A stretch of 64,000 nucleotides of DNA, from positions 2,496,001-2,560,000 of the forward strand of contig OZ241867.1 of the NCBI GenBank assembly GCA_965203175.1, in the 5' to 3' direction. This document shows, in pieces, positions 27,155 through 36,987 of the stretch. The stretch comes from Candidatus Latescibacterota bacterium (GTDB lineage Bacteria; Latescibacterota; UBA2968; UBA8231). A model generated the notes under the pieces. The model worked only from the letters and a program-made list of their open reading frames with translations. It was not told the origin of the DNA and searched no databases. Each line of letters opens with the position of its first letter. Position 1 is the stretch's first letter. The position numbers were made by a program, and so were the translations under genes.

Positions 27155-28525
27155 ATGGCGATGCACAGCGAAATATACGCGGCCTACGGAGCGGCGCGCC
27201 CCCGGTCGCAGGAGTACTTTGCCCGCGCCTGCAAGACGCTTGGCGGTAAGGTGGGACACGACCTGCGCTATGCAACGCCGGTGCCGCTCTACATCGAGCG
27301 GGGGGCCGGTGGCCGCAAGTGGGATGTCGATGGCAATGAGTACATCGACTTCCTGCTTGGGAATGGTGCCCTGCTCTTAGGGCACGCACCCGCCGAAGTC
27401 GTAGAAGCCATCGCTGAAGCGGTGGGGCGTGGAACGCACTTTGGCAATGATCATCCACTGCACATTGAGTGGGCCGAGCGCATACAGGCGCTGGTTCCCT
27501 CGGCTGAACGAGTGCGTTTGGTCAATTCGGGGACGGAGGCGACCCTGCTGGCGCTGCGCTTGGCGCGGGCGTTTACCGGCCGCCGCAAGATCCTGCGCTT
27601 TGCCGGCCACTTTCACGGGTGGCACGACGACGTGATGCGCGGCGTGCAGCCGCCCTTTGACGCGGACGGCTCGTTGGGCATCCCGCCGCACGTGCGCGAG
27701 CACGTGGTCTGCGTGCCAGCGGGGGATGCGGATCAAGTCGCCGATGTCCTCGACGCCGACAGCGACATTGCGGCGGCGATTATCGAGCCGTCGGGAGGGT
27801 CGTGGGGAAGAGTGCCTTTGGCGCCGGAGTTTTTGCGCGATTTGCAAACAATGACCAGCGCGCGCGGGGTGATATTGATTTTCGACGAGGTAGTTACCGG
27901 CTTCCGCTTTAGTCCGGGCGGTGCGCAAGTGCTCTACGGGCTGCGGCCGGACCTGTCTTGTTTTGCCAAGGTGGTCGCCGGCGGCATGCCCGGTGGGGCC
28001 GTGGTGGGCCGAGCGGACATTATGGAACTCTTCGATGTGACGGGCGACGCCCGCCCGCGGGTGACGCATCAAGGGACTTTTAATGGGGCACCGCTTTCGG
28101 CCGCGGCTGGGATCGCCGTGCTCAAGCGCGTGGCCACGGGCGAGCCGATAGACCAAGCCAACGCCCGCGCCGCTGAACTGCGCGCTGCCTGGGACGAAGT
28201 ATTGGAGCGCCGAGGCATCGCAGGGTACGTGTACGGGGTGTGTTCGACCTTTCACGTCTATTTTGAGACCGATCGTCAGCGCGTGCAAAAGGCCCAGAGC
28301 CGGGCGGATTTGCACACGACCGAGGCTGACCGGCTCAAAGGGATGCCGGGGAAGCTGATCGAAGAGTACCAGCGCCATCTGCGCTTTTACGGGGTCGATA
28401 ACATGAGTTCCACCGGCGGCGTACTCTCATCGGCGCACACGGCTCAAGATGTCGAGGAGGCGACCGCGGCGTTTGCCCAGACGGTTGATTCGCTTTTGGC
28501 GCAAGAGTTGATTCTGACATTGTAG
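27155..28525 (+). CDS. Class III PLP aminotransferase (glutamate-1-semialdehyde aminomutase-like)
   Basis: WDVDGNEYID, NSGTEA, FHGWHD, IFDEVVTGFR, FAKVVAGG, GTFNG. Confidence 0.92.
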   Translation: MAMHSEIYAAYGAARPRSQEYFARACKTLGGKVGHDLRYATPVPLYIERGAGGRKWDVDGNEYIDFLLGNGALLLGHAPAEVVEAIAEAVGRGTHFGNDHPLHIEWAERIQALVPSAERVRLVNSGTEATLLALRLARAFTGRRKILRFAGHFHGWHDDVMRGVQPPFDADGSLGIPPHVREHVVCVPAGDADQVADVLDADSDIAAAIIEPSGGSWGRVPLAPEFLRDLQTMTSARGVILIFDEVVTGFRFSPGGAQVLYGLRPDLSCFAKVVAGGMPGGAVVGRADIMELFDVTGDARPRVTHQGTFNGAPLSAAAGIAVLKRVATGEPIDQANARAAELRAAWDEVLERRGIAGYVYGVCSTFHVYFETDRQRVQKAQSRADLHTTEADRLKGMPGKLIEEYQRHLRFYGVDNMSSTGGVLSSAHTAQDVEEATAAFAQTVDSLLAQELILTL

Positions 28526-28603
28526 CACTGCGGCCTTGCCGTATGGCGCAGTCACTCGTACTTTTGGTTACAATCCCTTGACATTTTGCCGCGAGGAACG
28601 TCT

Positions 28604-30079
28604 ATGGCCGAAGTCGTTCGCCACAACTGTGGTTTGACCGTAGCCCACTCTCTGCACGACGCCTACCGCTTTATTCATTCGCTACAGCATCGGGGCCGGG
28701 AGGCGGCCGGTATTGCTGCAGTAGGCGATGGCCGCATCGACGTGATCAAGTGGAAGGGCGGGGTCTCGCGCTTCGACGTAACCGACCTCCACAAAATTTT
28801 CCTCAGCCCCAACTACCACACCTACATGGCCCACGTGCGCTACGCCACTCGCGGCTCGAAGGACAAAATCCTCGAGGAAGCGCATCCGCACGTCATCGGC
28901 GGTTCGGTCGAACACCGCGACAATCACATCCTGATCTGGGACTGCGATGTGGCGGCCGTCCACAACGGCCAAGTTGACCGGGCCTTCTTCCAAGACTCGG
29001 CTCCCTTGCCCCTGTATTCGAGCTGCGACACGGAGGCTCTGCTCTACCTCTACCGCGAGCGCGGCGCGCACAACTTCCTCAAGGAAGTGCCCGGTGCCTA
29101 TACCTTGGCCATTGCCGACAAGCGCGAGCGCGATGTGATCGCAATCCGCGACCGCACTGGGATTAAACCTGGAGTGCTCGGCTGGAAAGACGGCAAGTAC
29201 GTGATGGCCTCGGAGGACATCGCCTTCCGCAAAAACGGTGGCGAATACGTCGAGGACCTGGAACCGGGAGCGATCTACTCTCTCACGCCCGAAGGGAACT
29301 ACAACAAGGAAGTTGTGGTATCGACCAACCTCGCTTATTGCTTTTTTGAATGGAACTACATCACCGACCTCGACTCGATCATCAACGGCGTCAGCGTGCG
29401 CCGCATCCGCGAATCGCTGGGAGAGATGCTCAGCGAGGAATTTCTGCCGCCCGACGTCGATCTGGTTACGTACTTGCCGCGCTGTCCCGAGGTGGCGGCC
29501 CGCGCCTACGCCAAGCAGGCGGAACTGCCCTTTGAGCCCGTGTTCTACAAGATGCGCGGCGAGCGCTCGTTCCAAGGCTCGACTGCTGGCGAGCGCAAAG
29601 AGTCGATCGACCAGAACCTGCACCTTTTGCCCGGGATGGCGCAAAAGCTCAAAGGCAAGACCGTAATCCTGATCGATGACAGCATCATCCGCGGCAACAA
29701 TTCCAAGCGCGCCTGCGACCTGCTCTACGAGGAAGCTGGCGTCGGGCAGGCCTATTTGGTGAGTTACACGCCGCCGATTGGCATTATTGGCGATGATGGC
29801 GTGCCGAGGGGATGCACCTTTGGGGTGGATATGCCGCCGGACCCGCCGCCGGGCGACGAGTTTATCGCGCGTGGGCGCACGGCCGAGGCCATCGGCGAGG
29901 CAATGGGGATGCCCGTGATTTACTTGTCGCGGCAGGGGATGCTAGATGCCTTTGTGCGCGCTGGCCTGCCCGAGCGCGATTTGTGTACGTACTGCATAGG
30001 CGGGCGCATGCCCTTTGAAGCGGCCGGATCGCTGATCCAAATTGGCGACAGGCCCCAGCTCGACTTGTGGCGGGCTTGA
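28604..30079 (+). CDS. purF: Amidophosphoribosyltransferase-like protein (divergent PurF)
   Basis: Short propeptide then CG, LQHRG, HVRYAT, HNG, CFFEW, IDDSIIRG, CTFGVDMP, CTYC. Confidence 0.8.
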   Translation: MAEVVRHNCGLTVAHSLHDAYRFIHSLQHRGREAAGIAAVGDGRIDVIKWKGGVSRFDVTDLHKIFLSPNYHTYMAHVRYATRGSKDKILEEAHPHVIGGSVEHRDNHILIWDCDVAAVHNGQVDRAFFQDSAPLPLYSSCDTEALLYLYRERGAHNFLKEVPGAYTLAIADKRERDVIAIRDRTGIKPGVLGWKDGKYVMASEDIAFRKNGGEYVEDLEPGAIYSLTPEGNYNKEVVVSTNLAYCFFEWNYITDLDSIINGVSVRRIRESLGEMLSEEFLPPDVDLVTYLPRCPEVAARAYAKQAELPFEPVFYKMRGERSFQGSTAGERKESIDQNLHLLPGMAQKLKGKTVILIDDSIIRGNNSKRACDLLYEEAGVGQAYLVSYTPPIGIIGDDGVPRGCTFGVDMPPDPPPGDEFIARGRTAEAIGEAMGMPVIYLSRQGMLDAFVRAGLPERDLCTYCIGGRMPFEAAGSLIQIGDRPQLDLWRA

Positions 30080-30104
30080 CAGAGAGACATTTTGTACAGC
30101 CGAA

Positions 30105-30139
30105 GCGGGCGAGGGTGATTCCCTCGCCCGTATTTTTTT
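30105..30139 (+). terminator. Intrinsic terminator between convergent genes
   Basis: GCGGGCGAGGG-TGATT-CCCTCGCCCGT followed by AT7. Confidence 0.85.
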
Positions 30140-30155
30140 GGAGAAAGTTGGCCTT

Positions 30156-31838
30156 CTAGTCCCGTACGACGGCTAGACGGTGCAATGCCGTCTGACCGTC
30201 GGCTTCTAGGAGGAGGTGATAGATGCCGCTGGCGACGAACTTGCCGGCAGCGTTGCGCCCGTCCCACGGTACTACGTGGTTTTCGCGGGCGGCGCGGGGG
30301 CCTAAGTCTTTCCACCAGACCAAGTCGCCGTTGGTCGAAAGGATCGACAGGCGGGTCTGGGCGCTAGGGGCGGCCAAGTCGAAGACTAGGTGGGTCTGTC
30401 GGTGTTGGCCGAGGTGGAAGGGATTGGGGTAGCTGGGTTCGAACAGCGTGGCGAGGGCCGCCTGCGCGTCGGTCAGATCGGGGTCGAATTCCACGGACAC
30501 TTGGTAGGGATAGGCCACGCCGTGATCTTCGGCCGAGGAGATTACCAAGACGATCTCTTCGTACTGGTCCCAGTCAACGACGCGAATCGTCGGCTCGGCA
30601 ACCGGCCGCACCGCGATGCTGTCGGGACCGATTAAAAGCAGATGGCGACGCCAAGCACCAAGGGAGGCTGCAAAAGCAAGGGTGACGCCGCCTGGGCGGA
30701 GCTGGGGCGCGAGGCGTAGATAGCTGCTGCCGGTGGCGTCGAGCAGGCTCGAATCGCGGACGACTGCCTTGGCAGCGACTGCGAGGTCGTGGGTGGGGAC
30801 GAGCGGATATTTGTCCCCTTCGGCGTAAAATCCGCGGCGATGGCGGCGGCCGGTGAAGTAATTCCAGACGGCAAATTCGCCAATAGCAACGCCCAAGCCG
30901 CCCGGCTCAACGCGGCGGATGATGTGGTCGAAATGATCGAGACTGGCGCTTTGGCGCTCCTTGAGTTCTTCCCAGATCAGGCGGTTGAGATCGCGACCGT
31001 AGTGCTGGTCGAGGAAGTGGGAAAAGATTGCACTGCCGTAGGTGTGGGAGGCATTGACGTTGGAGTTGAGGGCGCGGTGGGGTATGCTGAGGAAGTGCAA
31101 CAAATACTGGAGATAATCGTCGATTTGTGGATAGGCCACTTCCTCCATCCAGGTCGAAGTCGATTCCTGCCACCAACTGCCCTCTCGCCCTGCGTAGTAG
31201 CCGAACTGAATGGCGTGGTGGAACTCGTGGGCGATGGTCACGCGCAGGGCGTCTAGCCCGCGAGTCTGTACGTAGCTGGGATCGGTGAAGTTGTTGTCGA
31301 TTTCGAGGTGGCTGTGCGTGACCGCGTTGGACGATCCGGGATAGGCACAGCCGTAAATAGGATCCGAGAACCCACAGCCTCCGTGCCCTAAGTCTATGAC
31401 GTAAACGTCGTATTCTTCGCCGCCGCCCAAGCCGTTGTCCGAAGGCGGCGGGTTGTAGCCAAGCTGTTCTACTTCCAACTCCCAAGTGCTGTCGAGGACG
31501 GTTGCGGCTAGGTCAATGTAGTCTGGGATGCCGTTGGCATCGTCATCGGTAGGATCAACCGCGTCGCTACCTTCGGTGTCGTAGTGGACGCGGAAGTGAC
31601 CCGAGGGGGTTAGCAAGCTGTGCTGAGTGCTAGGCCGGCGCTGTACGAGTTTTAGACGCTGGTGCTCGGTGCTCAGCTCTGAGATCGCGCTCATGGCTTG
31701 GAGCACGTAGGGGGTGCCGCAGCGCCGGGCGGACGGGGTGCTTTCTGCATGGCCGTCCACCGTGCCGAGAGACAACAGGACGATGAGCAATTTGGACACG
31801 ACAGCAATACCTGCCCGCTCCGCGCAAAACCCTTTCAT
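30156..31838 (-). CDS. Secreted zinc metalloprotease (MXAN_6640-like) with a C-terminal FlgD-Ig-like domain
   Basis: RCGTP pro-motif, HFRVHY, DDDANGIPDY, AHEFHHAIQ, WWQESTSTWME; tail YPNPF...WDGRNAAG..VASGIY. Confidence 0.82.
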   Translation of the reverse strand: MKGFCAERAGIAVVSKLLIVLLSLGTVDGHAESTPSARRCGTPYVLQAMSAISELSTEHQRLKLVQRRPSTQHSLLTPSGHFRVHYDTEGSDAVDPTDDDANGIPDYIDLAATVLDSTWELEVEQLGYNPPPSDNGLGGGEEYDVYVIDLGHGGCGFSDPIYGCAYPGSSNAVTHSHLEIDNNFTDPSYVQTRGLDALRVTIAHEFHHAIQFGYYAGREGSWWQESTSTWMEEVAYPQIDDYLQYLLHFLSIPHRALNSNVNASHTYGSAIFSHFLDQHYGRDLNRLIWEELKERQSASLDHFDHIIRRVEPGGLGVAIGEFAVWNYFTGRRHRRGFYAEGDKYPLVPTHDLAVAAKAVVRDSSLLDATGSSYLRLAPQLRPGGVTLAFAASLGAWRRHLLLIGPDSIAVRPVAEPTIRVVDWDQYEEIVLVISSAEDHGVAYPYQVSVEFDPDLTDAQAALATLFEPSYPNPFHLGQHRQTHLVFDLAAPSAQTRLSILSTNGDLVWWKDLGPRAARENHVVPWDGRNAAGKFVASGIYHLLLEADGQTALHRLAVVRD

Positions 31839-31867
31839 CGCCCTGCTTCCTTTCCTGAGTTGGGACA

Positions 31868-32779
31868 CTATTCGCCCAGCATTTCGACCCAGCTTTCAGG
31901 GTCGTCGCCGTCAATTCCGACGATCAATTCCAAGGTTTGTTCCATCCACAAGGTGTCCCCCGGCATCAATTCGCTCAGCGGGCCGACGTTTTCAATTTCG
32001 CCAAAGCGCGGCTTACCGTCGAACACTTCAGACGTGGAATTGAACATCGTCACCGTGCCGCCGTCTTCGGGGTATTCGGCATCGGCGACGTGGGCGACGG
32101 TGGATTTGAGCGCGGTCTCGTTCCAGACGAAGGCGATCCAGCCCGCGTCGCCGTTGGTGCCGACCTTGTGCCAGCCGTTTTGCGGCTCGATCCGATAGTC
32201 GAGCGCGAGAGCGCGAGGGCCTAGGTGGATGCCAGCTTCGTTGGGGTCGGTGCTCGGCCAGAACAACAAGCTGCGGCGGCCTGTGCTACGCCAGGGGGTG
32301 ACGCCGATGCCTGCATCGGGGCGGATGACGTTGAGGGCCCAGCAGGCGATGCGGCGCGGTTTGTCGCGCATGTTTTTGAAGCCGTGGCGGATGTGGAGCA
32401 TCGGTTGTTCGGCATCGAGTGCAATCTCCATGATGAGCTGTAAACCCGAACTGTCGTCTGGGGCGGCGGTGAGGCGAATAGCGCGTACGCCGGTCATTTC
32501 TGCGGCGGCTGGTTGCAGGGCCGGCAGCCCGGATTCGGGAATCTGCGTTGGCTCGAAAAACCACGAGCGCACGCCGATGTATTCGTATTCGCGGGAGACG
32601 TGGAGGGGATTTTCGCCGCCTTTGAGGCGGAAGGCGAGGACTCGCGGATAGGGCGTGGCAATGGCAAAAACCTCGGCGCGGTCGTTTTCGAGCCAAAAGC
32701 CAGTAAAGTCTTCGTACTGGTCGGTTTGGGCGGCTAGGGGCAGGGCGGTCAAGAGTAGAACACAGCAGGCGATGAGCAT
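31868..32779 (-). CDS. Secreted hypothetical protein (possibly DUF4380/mutarotase-like fold)
   Basis: Signal peptide, LEND.....A...PRVL, beta-rich pattern, GEIENVGPL; family call tentative. Confidence 0.6.
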   Translation of the reverse strand: MLIACCVLLLTALPLAAQTDQYEDFTGFWLENDRAEVFAIATPYPRVLAFRLKGGENPLHVSREYEYIGVRSWFFEPTQIPESGLPALQPAAAEMTGVRAIRLTAAPDDSSGLQLIMEIALDAEQPMLHIRHGFKNMRDKPRRIACWALNVIRPDAGIGVTPWRSTGRRSLLFWPSTDPNEAGIHLGPRALALDYRIEPQNGWHKVGTNGDAGWIAFVWNETALKSTVAHVADAEYPEDGGTVTMFNSTSEVFDGKPRFGEIENVGPLSELMPGDTLWMEQTLELIVGIDGDDPESWVEMLGE

Positions 32780-32892
32780 GAGATTCCTCTGCTTTAAGGG
32801 TAGGGGACGGCCAAAGAGTTGTCGGCGACCGATTTATTGTGCATGATAGGGCCTCCGAATATACTCGTCAACGCAACAAAGGAGAGAAGCTA

Positions 32893-33624
32893 ATGATCGT
32901 CGAAGAAGTACGGCTGTGGAAATTGACTCGCCGCCATGTGCGCGAGCGGCTGGAACAGGGTCTGATCAAGGGGGCGATCCTGCCCACTGGCAGCACGGAG
33001 CAGCACAACGAGCACTTGGCGATGGAGCACGATATCGCCAGCGCGGCGCATGTTGCGCACCAAGCGGCCCTGCAGCTCTATCCGCAAGTAGTGGTGGCTA
33101 CGCCTCTATCCCTAGGCATATCCGAGCACTGGATGGAGTTCCCCGGCACCTTGAGCCTGCGGCCAGAAACCTTCTTTGCCGTGGCCTACGACGTGTGCGA
33201 GTCGCTCAAGCGGCACGGGATCGAGCACGTCCTGATATGCAATGGCCACGCTGGCAACGGCCCCTTGGGCGGCCAGGTCGAGGAGTTCAGCAAGCGGCTG
33301 GACATGGATGTGCAGTTTTATTCGTATTGGGTGGCGTATTCGGAGGAACTGGTTGCCGAAGTGCTGGAGTCGGGGGACTGCCCAGCGCACGCGGCCGAGT
33401 TTGAGACCTCGTTTGCCATGGCGGCGTTTCCCGAGAACGTGCATTGGGAGGGGGTCGATTACGAGGGGGCCAATCTCCAGATACAGAGCGAGAGCTACGC
33501 GCCGCGCGACCCGGTCTACTTCGAGGCGGGCCGCGACTTGGCCACGCCTAAGAAAGGCCGGGTGATGGCCGATGTGGCCATTGACTGGGTCGCCGCTAAG
33601 ATGAAGGAGATGATCGGCGAGTGA
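32893..33624 (+). CDS. Creatininase family amidohydrolase
   Basis: PTGSTEQHNEHL..EHD, FPGTLSL, NGHAGN, HAAEFETS; AAGGAG RBS. Confidence 0.9.
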   Translation: MIVEEVRLWKLTRRHVRERLEQGLIKGAILPTGSTEQHNEHLAMEHDIASAAHVAHQAALQLYPQVVVATPLSLGISEHWMEFPGTLSLRPETFFAVAYDVCESLKRHGIEHVLICNGHAGNGPLGGQVEEFSKRLDMDVQFYSYWVAYSEELVAEVLESGDCPAHAAEFETSFAMAAFPENVHWEGVDYEGANLQIQSESYAPRDPVYFEAGRDLATPKKGRVMADVAIDWVAAKMKEMIGE

Positions 33625-33645
33625 GCATGCCGCCGATCTAAACGC

Positions 33646-33680
33646 AAAAAGCCGGTACCCCGAGGGGCACCGGCTTTTTT
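33646..33680. terminator. Bidirectional intrinsic terminator
   Basis: AAAAAGCCGGTACCCC-GA-GGGGCACCGGCTTTTTT between convergent genes. Confidence 0.85.
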
Positions 33681-33702
33681 GTGCGGTTGTTGAAAAAGGA
33701 TA

Positions 33703-34605
33703 CTACTGAGCGGCCTTGATCTGGCCCCAGCTCACGTCCTCGACGGCGGTCGCGGACTCCATCTCCGGCAATAGCTGGTCCAGCAACACGTCGTTGGTGG
33801 CGGTGCAGCAGCTTTCCGGCGACATGGTCCAGAAGCCCTGATAGCTTTCGAGCGCACACTCGGTGCACGGCTCGTCGAAATCGCCCACGGTCACGGATGT
33901 GTGGATGATCTCGTCTTCCGCGAGGTCGAAGATCACGGCTTGCTCTGGGGTGGCCGACTCGTCGTTGGGCATCGAGATGATCGGCGTGATAGCCAGTTCG
34001 TAGTAATAGGTGCTCTCGCCGAACTGCTCGCCATCGTAGCCCCAGCCGAAAGTGATAAAGTCGCTGCCATCTACGAACCACTCCAGCGCCCGCACCGGGC
34101 GGTAGAACTGATAGGCACCTTCCACCGGCGGCACGGCCCATTTGTAGCTAAAGTTGTTGGCCGGCTCGCCTTCGAGGTTGTGCTCCTCAGTCGGCGTGTG
34201 GTCGGGATTGACCTCTACTTCCCAGGCGTCGTCCTGCCAGAAGGCCGAGGGGTTTTCGCGGTCCAGGTTGTGGACATTGTCGAAGACCTCGGTCATGTAG
34301 TAGAGCTTATTCGCGTTGTCGTTCCAGCCGATGAGGTGGCGAATGTTAATGTCGCTGACGTCGATCTCGCCACGACCCACGGGCTGGATATCAGCCACCG
34401 GCGAATAGAGACGGTCGTTGCGGATCGTGTACGGATCGATCGGCACGACGTCCCAGTCCGACAAGTCGCCGTCCATGGTGGGGACGAGATTGTCGGGGAA
34501 CTGCACGGCGAAATAGAGTTCGCCGGGAGGCGCATGGCCAAAGGACGTACCGCACAAGCCCATGACCAAAGCTGCCGCTAAAACGAATTTGGTCCGCTCT
34601 TTCAT
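33703..34605 (-). CDS. Secreted acidic protein, CBM9/DOMON-like sugar-binding fold, C-terminal TAVEDVSWGQIK motif
   Basis: Signal peptide, PTMDGDLSDW, GWND...LY...V.DN, WQDDAWEV; GGAGGG RBS. Confidence 0.7.
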   Translation of the reverse strand: MKERTKFVLAAALVMGLCGTSFGHAPPGELYFAVQFPDNLVPTMDGDLSDWDVVPIDPYTIRNDRLYSPVADIQPVGRGEIDVSDINIRHLIGWNDNANKLYYMTEVFDNVHNLDRENPSAFWQDDAWEVEVNPDHTPTEEHNLEGEPANNFSYKWAVPPVEGAYQFYRPVRALEWFVDGSDFITFGWGYDGEQFGESTYYYELAITPIISMPNDESATPEQAVIFDLAEDEIIHTSVTVGDFDEPCTECALESYQGFWTMSPESCCTATNDVLLDQLLPEMESATAVEDVSWGQIKAAQ

Positions 34606-34721
34606 AGCGAAAACCCTCCCTCCTTAGGAGAAGTGAAAAATGCTGGTAAAACTTGTATAAAAAATACAGCGCACTCGGCACGCGCTTAATGCCCAATGAA
34701 TAATCAACTCAACGCCGTTTG

Positions 34722-36842
34722 TCAATAAGCGACTGAGAGGATGCCGACGCGTTCTTCCTTCTCTTCTAGCTGCAGCCGCCAGATATAGGTGCCCGGAGAC
34801 ACGAGATGCTGAGCGGCGTCGCGGCCGTCCCAGCGATGGGCGAATTCGCCGCTGCGCGCGGTGATGGGCGGCAGCTCGACTACGAGTTGGCCGGCGAGAT
34901 TGTAGATCGCCAGTTGCACCGGGCGGCTAGCCGTGACTTCGCGCAGCTTATAGGCGATTTCGACAGTCTCGTTCACTCCGTCGCCATTCGGCGTAAGCGG
35001 GTTGGAAGTCACGGCAATATCGACGAGGAGCCGGCCGCCGACGGGCGTGTTGACGGCGATGGCATCGCCTGAAAAGCGAAAGGTGGCGTTGCCCGGGCGA
35101 ACTTGCTGCTTGATCTGGTCGGGGTCGTTGCTGTCGAAGACCCAGCCCGAAAACTCAGTACCAAAGCGCAGGACCGGCACCACAAAGCTCACTTCGAGCT
35201 GTTTGAAGCTGTCGTCTTCGCCTTGCAAGCGGGGGAAGGACACCACAAAGTGGTCGTCTTGTATATCTGGAACAAAGGCGTTCAAGTCGAGTTCGGTGCC
35301 GTCGCGTTTGACCGCAGAGACGGCTTGGACTTGGGCATGGGTGCGGATTTCCAGCCGGTCGAAGCCGGTGTCGTCAGCGGTAAATTCCGGCCGGATGACG
35401 TAGGTAAATTCCGTGGGCGCGAAGGAATCGACGGCAATGGGCCACACTTCACCGAGGATTTCTCGGGCAGCCGGCGCATCGCCGAATTGGATCGTGAGTG
35501 AGCGGATGCGCGGCGCAGTGGTAAAGGTAGAAAACAGGCGAAAGGCGAGTTGGATGTAGCGGCTCGGCCCAGGCGACAAAAGCGGCGTGCCGTCGCGCCA
35601 CGCTTCAGCCGGCTCGTCGCTGTCGCGCAAACCCGCGGCAAAGTCGTAGGGCGGTGACCAGAAGCTCCAGTTGTCGGTGTCGTACACGGTGGGCAGGCGA
35701 CCGGACGGGTCGAGCTTTTCGTATTCTTTTAAGGTGATCGGACGGATGTCGCCGTTGATGTTTTCGTCGAAGTAGAGGCTGGGATCGGGGGTGTTGCCAG
35801 TGCGGGTGCGAACCTCGATGCGGGTGCCCTCGGGCACGTCGGCGTCCCAGCGAATTTTGCCCCAGTTGATTGGCTGGCCAAAGTCGAGAATCTGGGTGAC
35901 GAGGACGGTCTCCTCGACAAAGCCCTCGCCGTACACCTCGAATTCGGCGACCTCCCAGTCGCGCAGAGGAAAGGCTTGGGCGGTGATGTAGCGGATCGAC
36001 TCGGTGGGAAAGCGCAACTCTACTACGGGATCGAGATTTTCGCGGTTGGATTCGATTACGGTAAGCGCGGGGTCTTGGTTGCGGACCCAGCGCAGGCCTT
36101 TAGTGACGCGGCTGACTCGGTCACAGGGGCTGTTGGCAAAGCGCACGTTGTTGTCGCCTTTGCGCAGCTCGTACCAGGCGAGGAAGTTGGCGGCGAAGCT
36201 GTCTTCGCCAAATGCCTCTAGGGGCGGCTTAGGCTCAGTGAGCTCCTCGATGAGCAAGATGTCGTCTTCCTGTCCGAGGCGGGGAAGAAAGCGGATGCGG
36301 TTGACTGGTACAGCTGTGCTAAAGTCGATGACCACGGAGTTTTTCCAGCCTTCGCCGGTGACCCCGGCGACGATTCTGCCGCCGCTGAAGATGCCTTGGC
36401 CTGGGGTGAAGCGGCGGAAGTGGGCTGTGGTGAAATCGCCGTCGAATTGCTTTTTCACGGCGCGGATCTGGTCGTCGCGGGCCGAGCAGCCGTCGGTCGT
36501 CTGGATTTGGCCTCCAGTGTACGGCAGTAGAGTGTTGATGTCCGCGGCATTGGGGTCAATCAGGGTTAGGTTGACCGCTGGGTCGATGAAGCGCGGCCCG
36601 ATGGCGTTGTCGGCAAAGTCGATGAGGGTATCCGCAGCCGCGCCGTGGGGCGTGACGCCCACGGGTTCGGTGCCCACGAGCTGGCCCTCGGCATCAAACA
36701 GCCAGTACTCACCGGCTCCTTCTTCAGACAGCAAGCTGGGCCAAGGATTGCCCTCGTCTCCCCCGACGCGAAACTCCCCGCGGCTGTGCGCCGGCGCAAT
36801 CGATAGGACGAGCAGGAAACACGAAGCAATGATGTACTGCAT
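34722..36842 (-). CDS. Large secreted protein with an FlgD-Ig / gliding-motility-CTD-like tail (paralog 1)
   Basis: Signal peptide; WGKIRW, RTRTG, WSFWSPPY, SPGPSRYIQ, NPLTPNGDGVNE, WDGRD, PGTY, ends SVAY. Confidence 0.85.
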   Translation of the reverse strand: MQYIIASCFLLVLSIAPAHSRGEFRVGGDEGNPWPSLLSEEGAGEYWLFDAEGQLVGTEPVGVTPHGAAADTLIDFADNAIGPRFIDPAVNLTLIDPNAADINTLLPYTGGQIQTTDGCSARDDQIRAVKKQFDGDFTTAHFRRFTPGQGIFSGGRIVAGVTGEGWKNSVVIDFSTAVPVNRIRFLPRLGQEDDILLIEELTEPKPPLEAFGEDSFAANFLAWYELRKGDNNVRFANSPCDRVSRVTKGLRWVRNQDPALTVIESNRENLDPVVELRFPTESIRYITAQAFPLRDWEVAEFEVYGEGFVEETVLVTQILDFGQPINWGKIRWDADVPEGTRIEVRTRTGNTPDPSLYFDENINGDIRPITLKEYEKLDPSGRLPTVYDTDNWSFWSPPYDFAAGLRDSDEPAEAWRDGTPLLSPGPSRYIQLAFRLFSTFTTAPRIRSLTIQFGDAPAAREILGEVWPIAVDSFAPTEFTYVIRPEFTADDTGFDRLEIRTHAQVQAVSAVKRDGTELDLNAFVPDIQDDHFVVSFPRLQGEDDSFKQLEVSFVVPVLRFGTEFSGWVFDSNDPDQIKQQVRPGNATFRFSGDAIAVNTPVGGRLLVDIAVTSNPLTPNGDGVNETVEIAYKLREVTASRPVQLAIYNLAGQLVVELPPITARSGEFAHRWDGRDAAQHLVSPGTYIWRLQLEEKEERVGILSVAY

Positions 36843-36987
36843 GGCGTCTCTTCCTTGAGATGCTGATAATATAAAAAAAGAAGAGGTCGATTTGGCAAGT
36901 TAAGATATGCACACGGCGCACCTTATTTAACTTGATTTATGCCTGTACTTTGATTGTTTTATGCAGCAAACCGCACGGAGGATGGAC

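Noticed and set aside
27155-28525. Assigning hemL
   Set aside because: The family is clear, but there is no tetrapyrrole gene context and GSA-like paralogs are common
27377-29644. Long antisense ORFs (27377..28378, 28682..29644; also 36004..36858, 45051..46214, 52459..53313)
   Set aside because: They lie opposite well-supported genes, have no motifs and are expected from codon bias at high GC
36896-36934. CAAGTTAA...TTAACTTG inverted repeat between the divergent paralogs
   Set aside because: Only 8-bp arms, 23 bp apart, in AT-rich DNA; could be back-to-back promoter elements or chance
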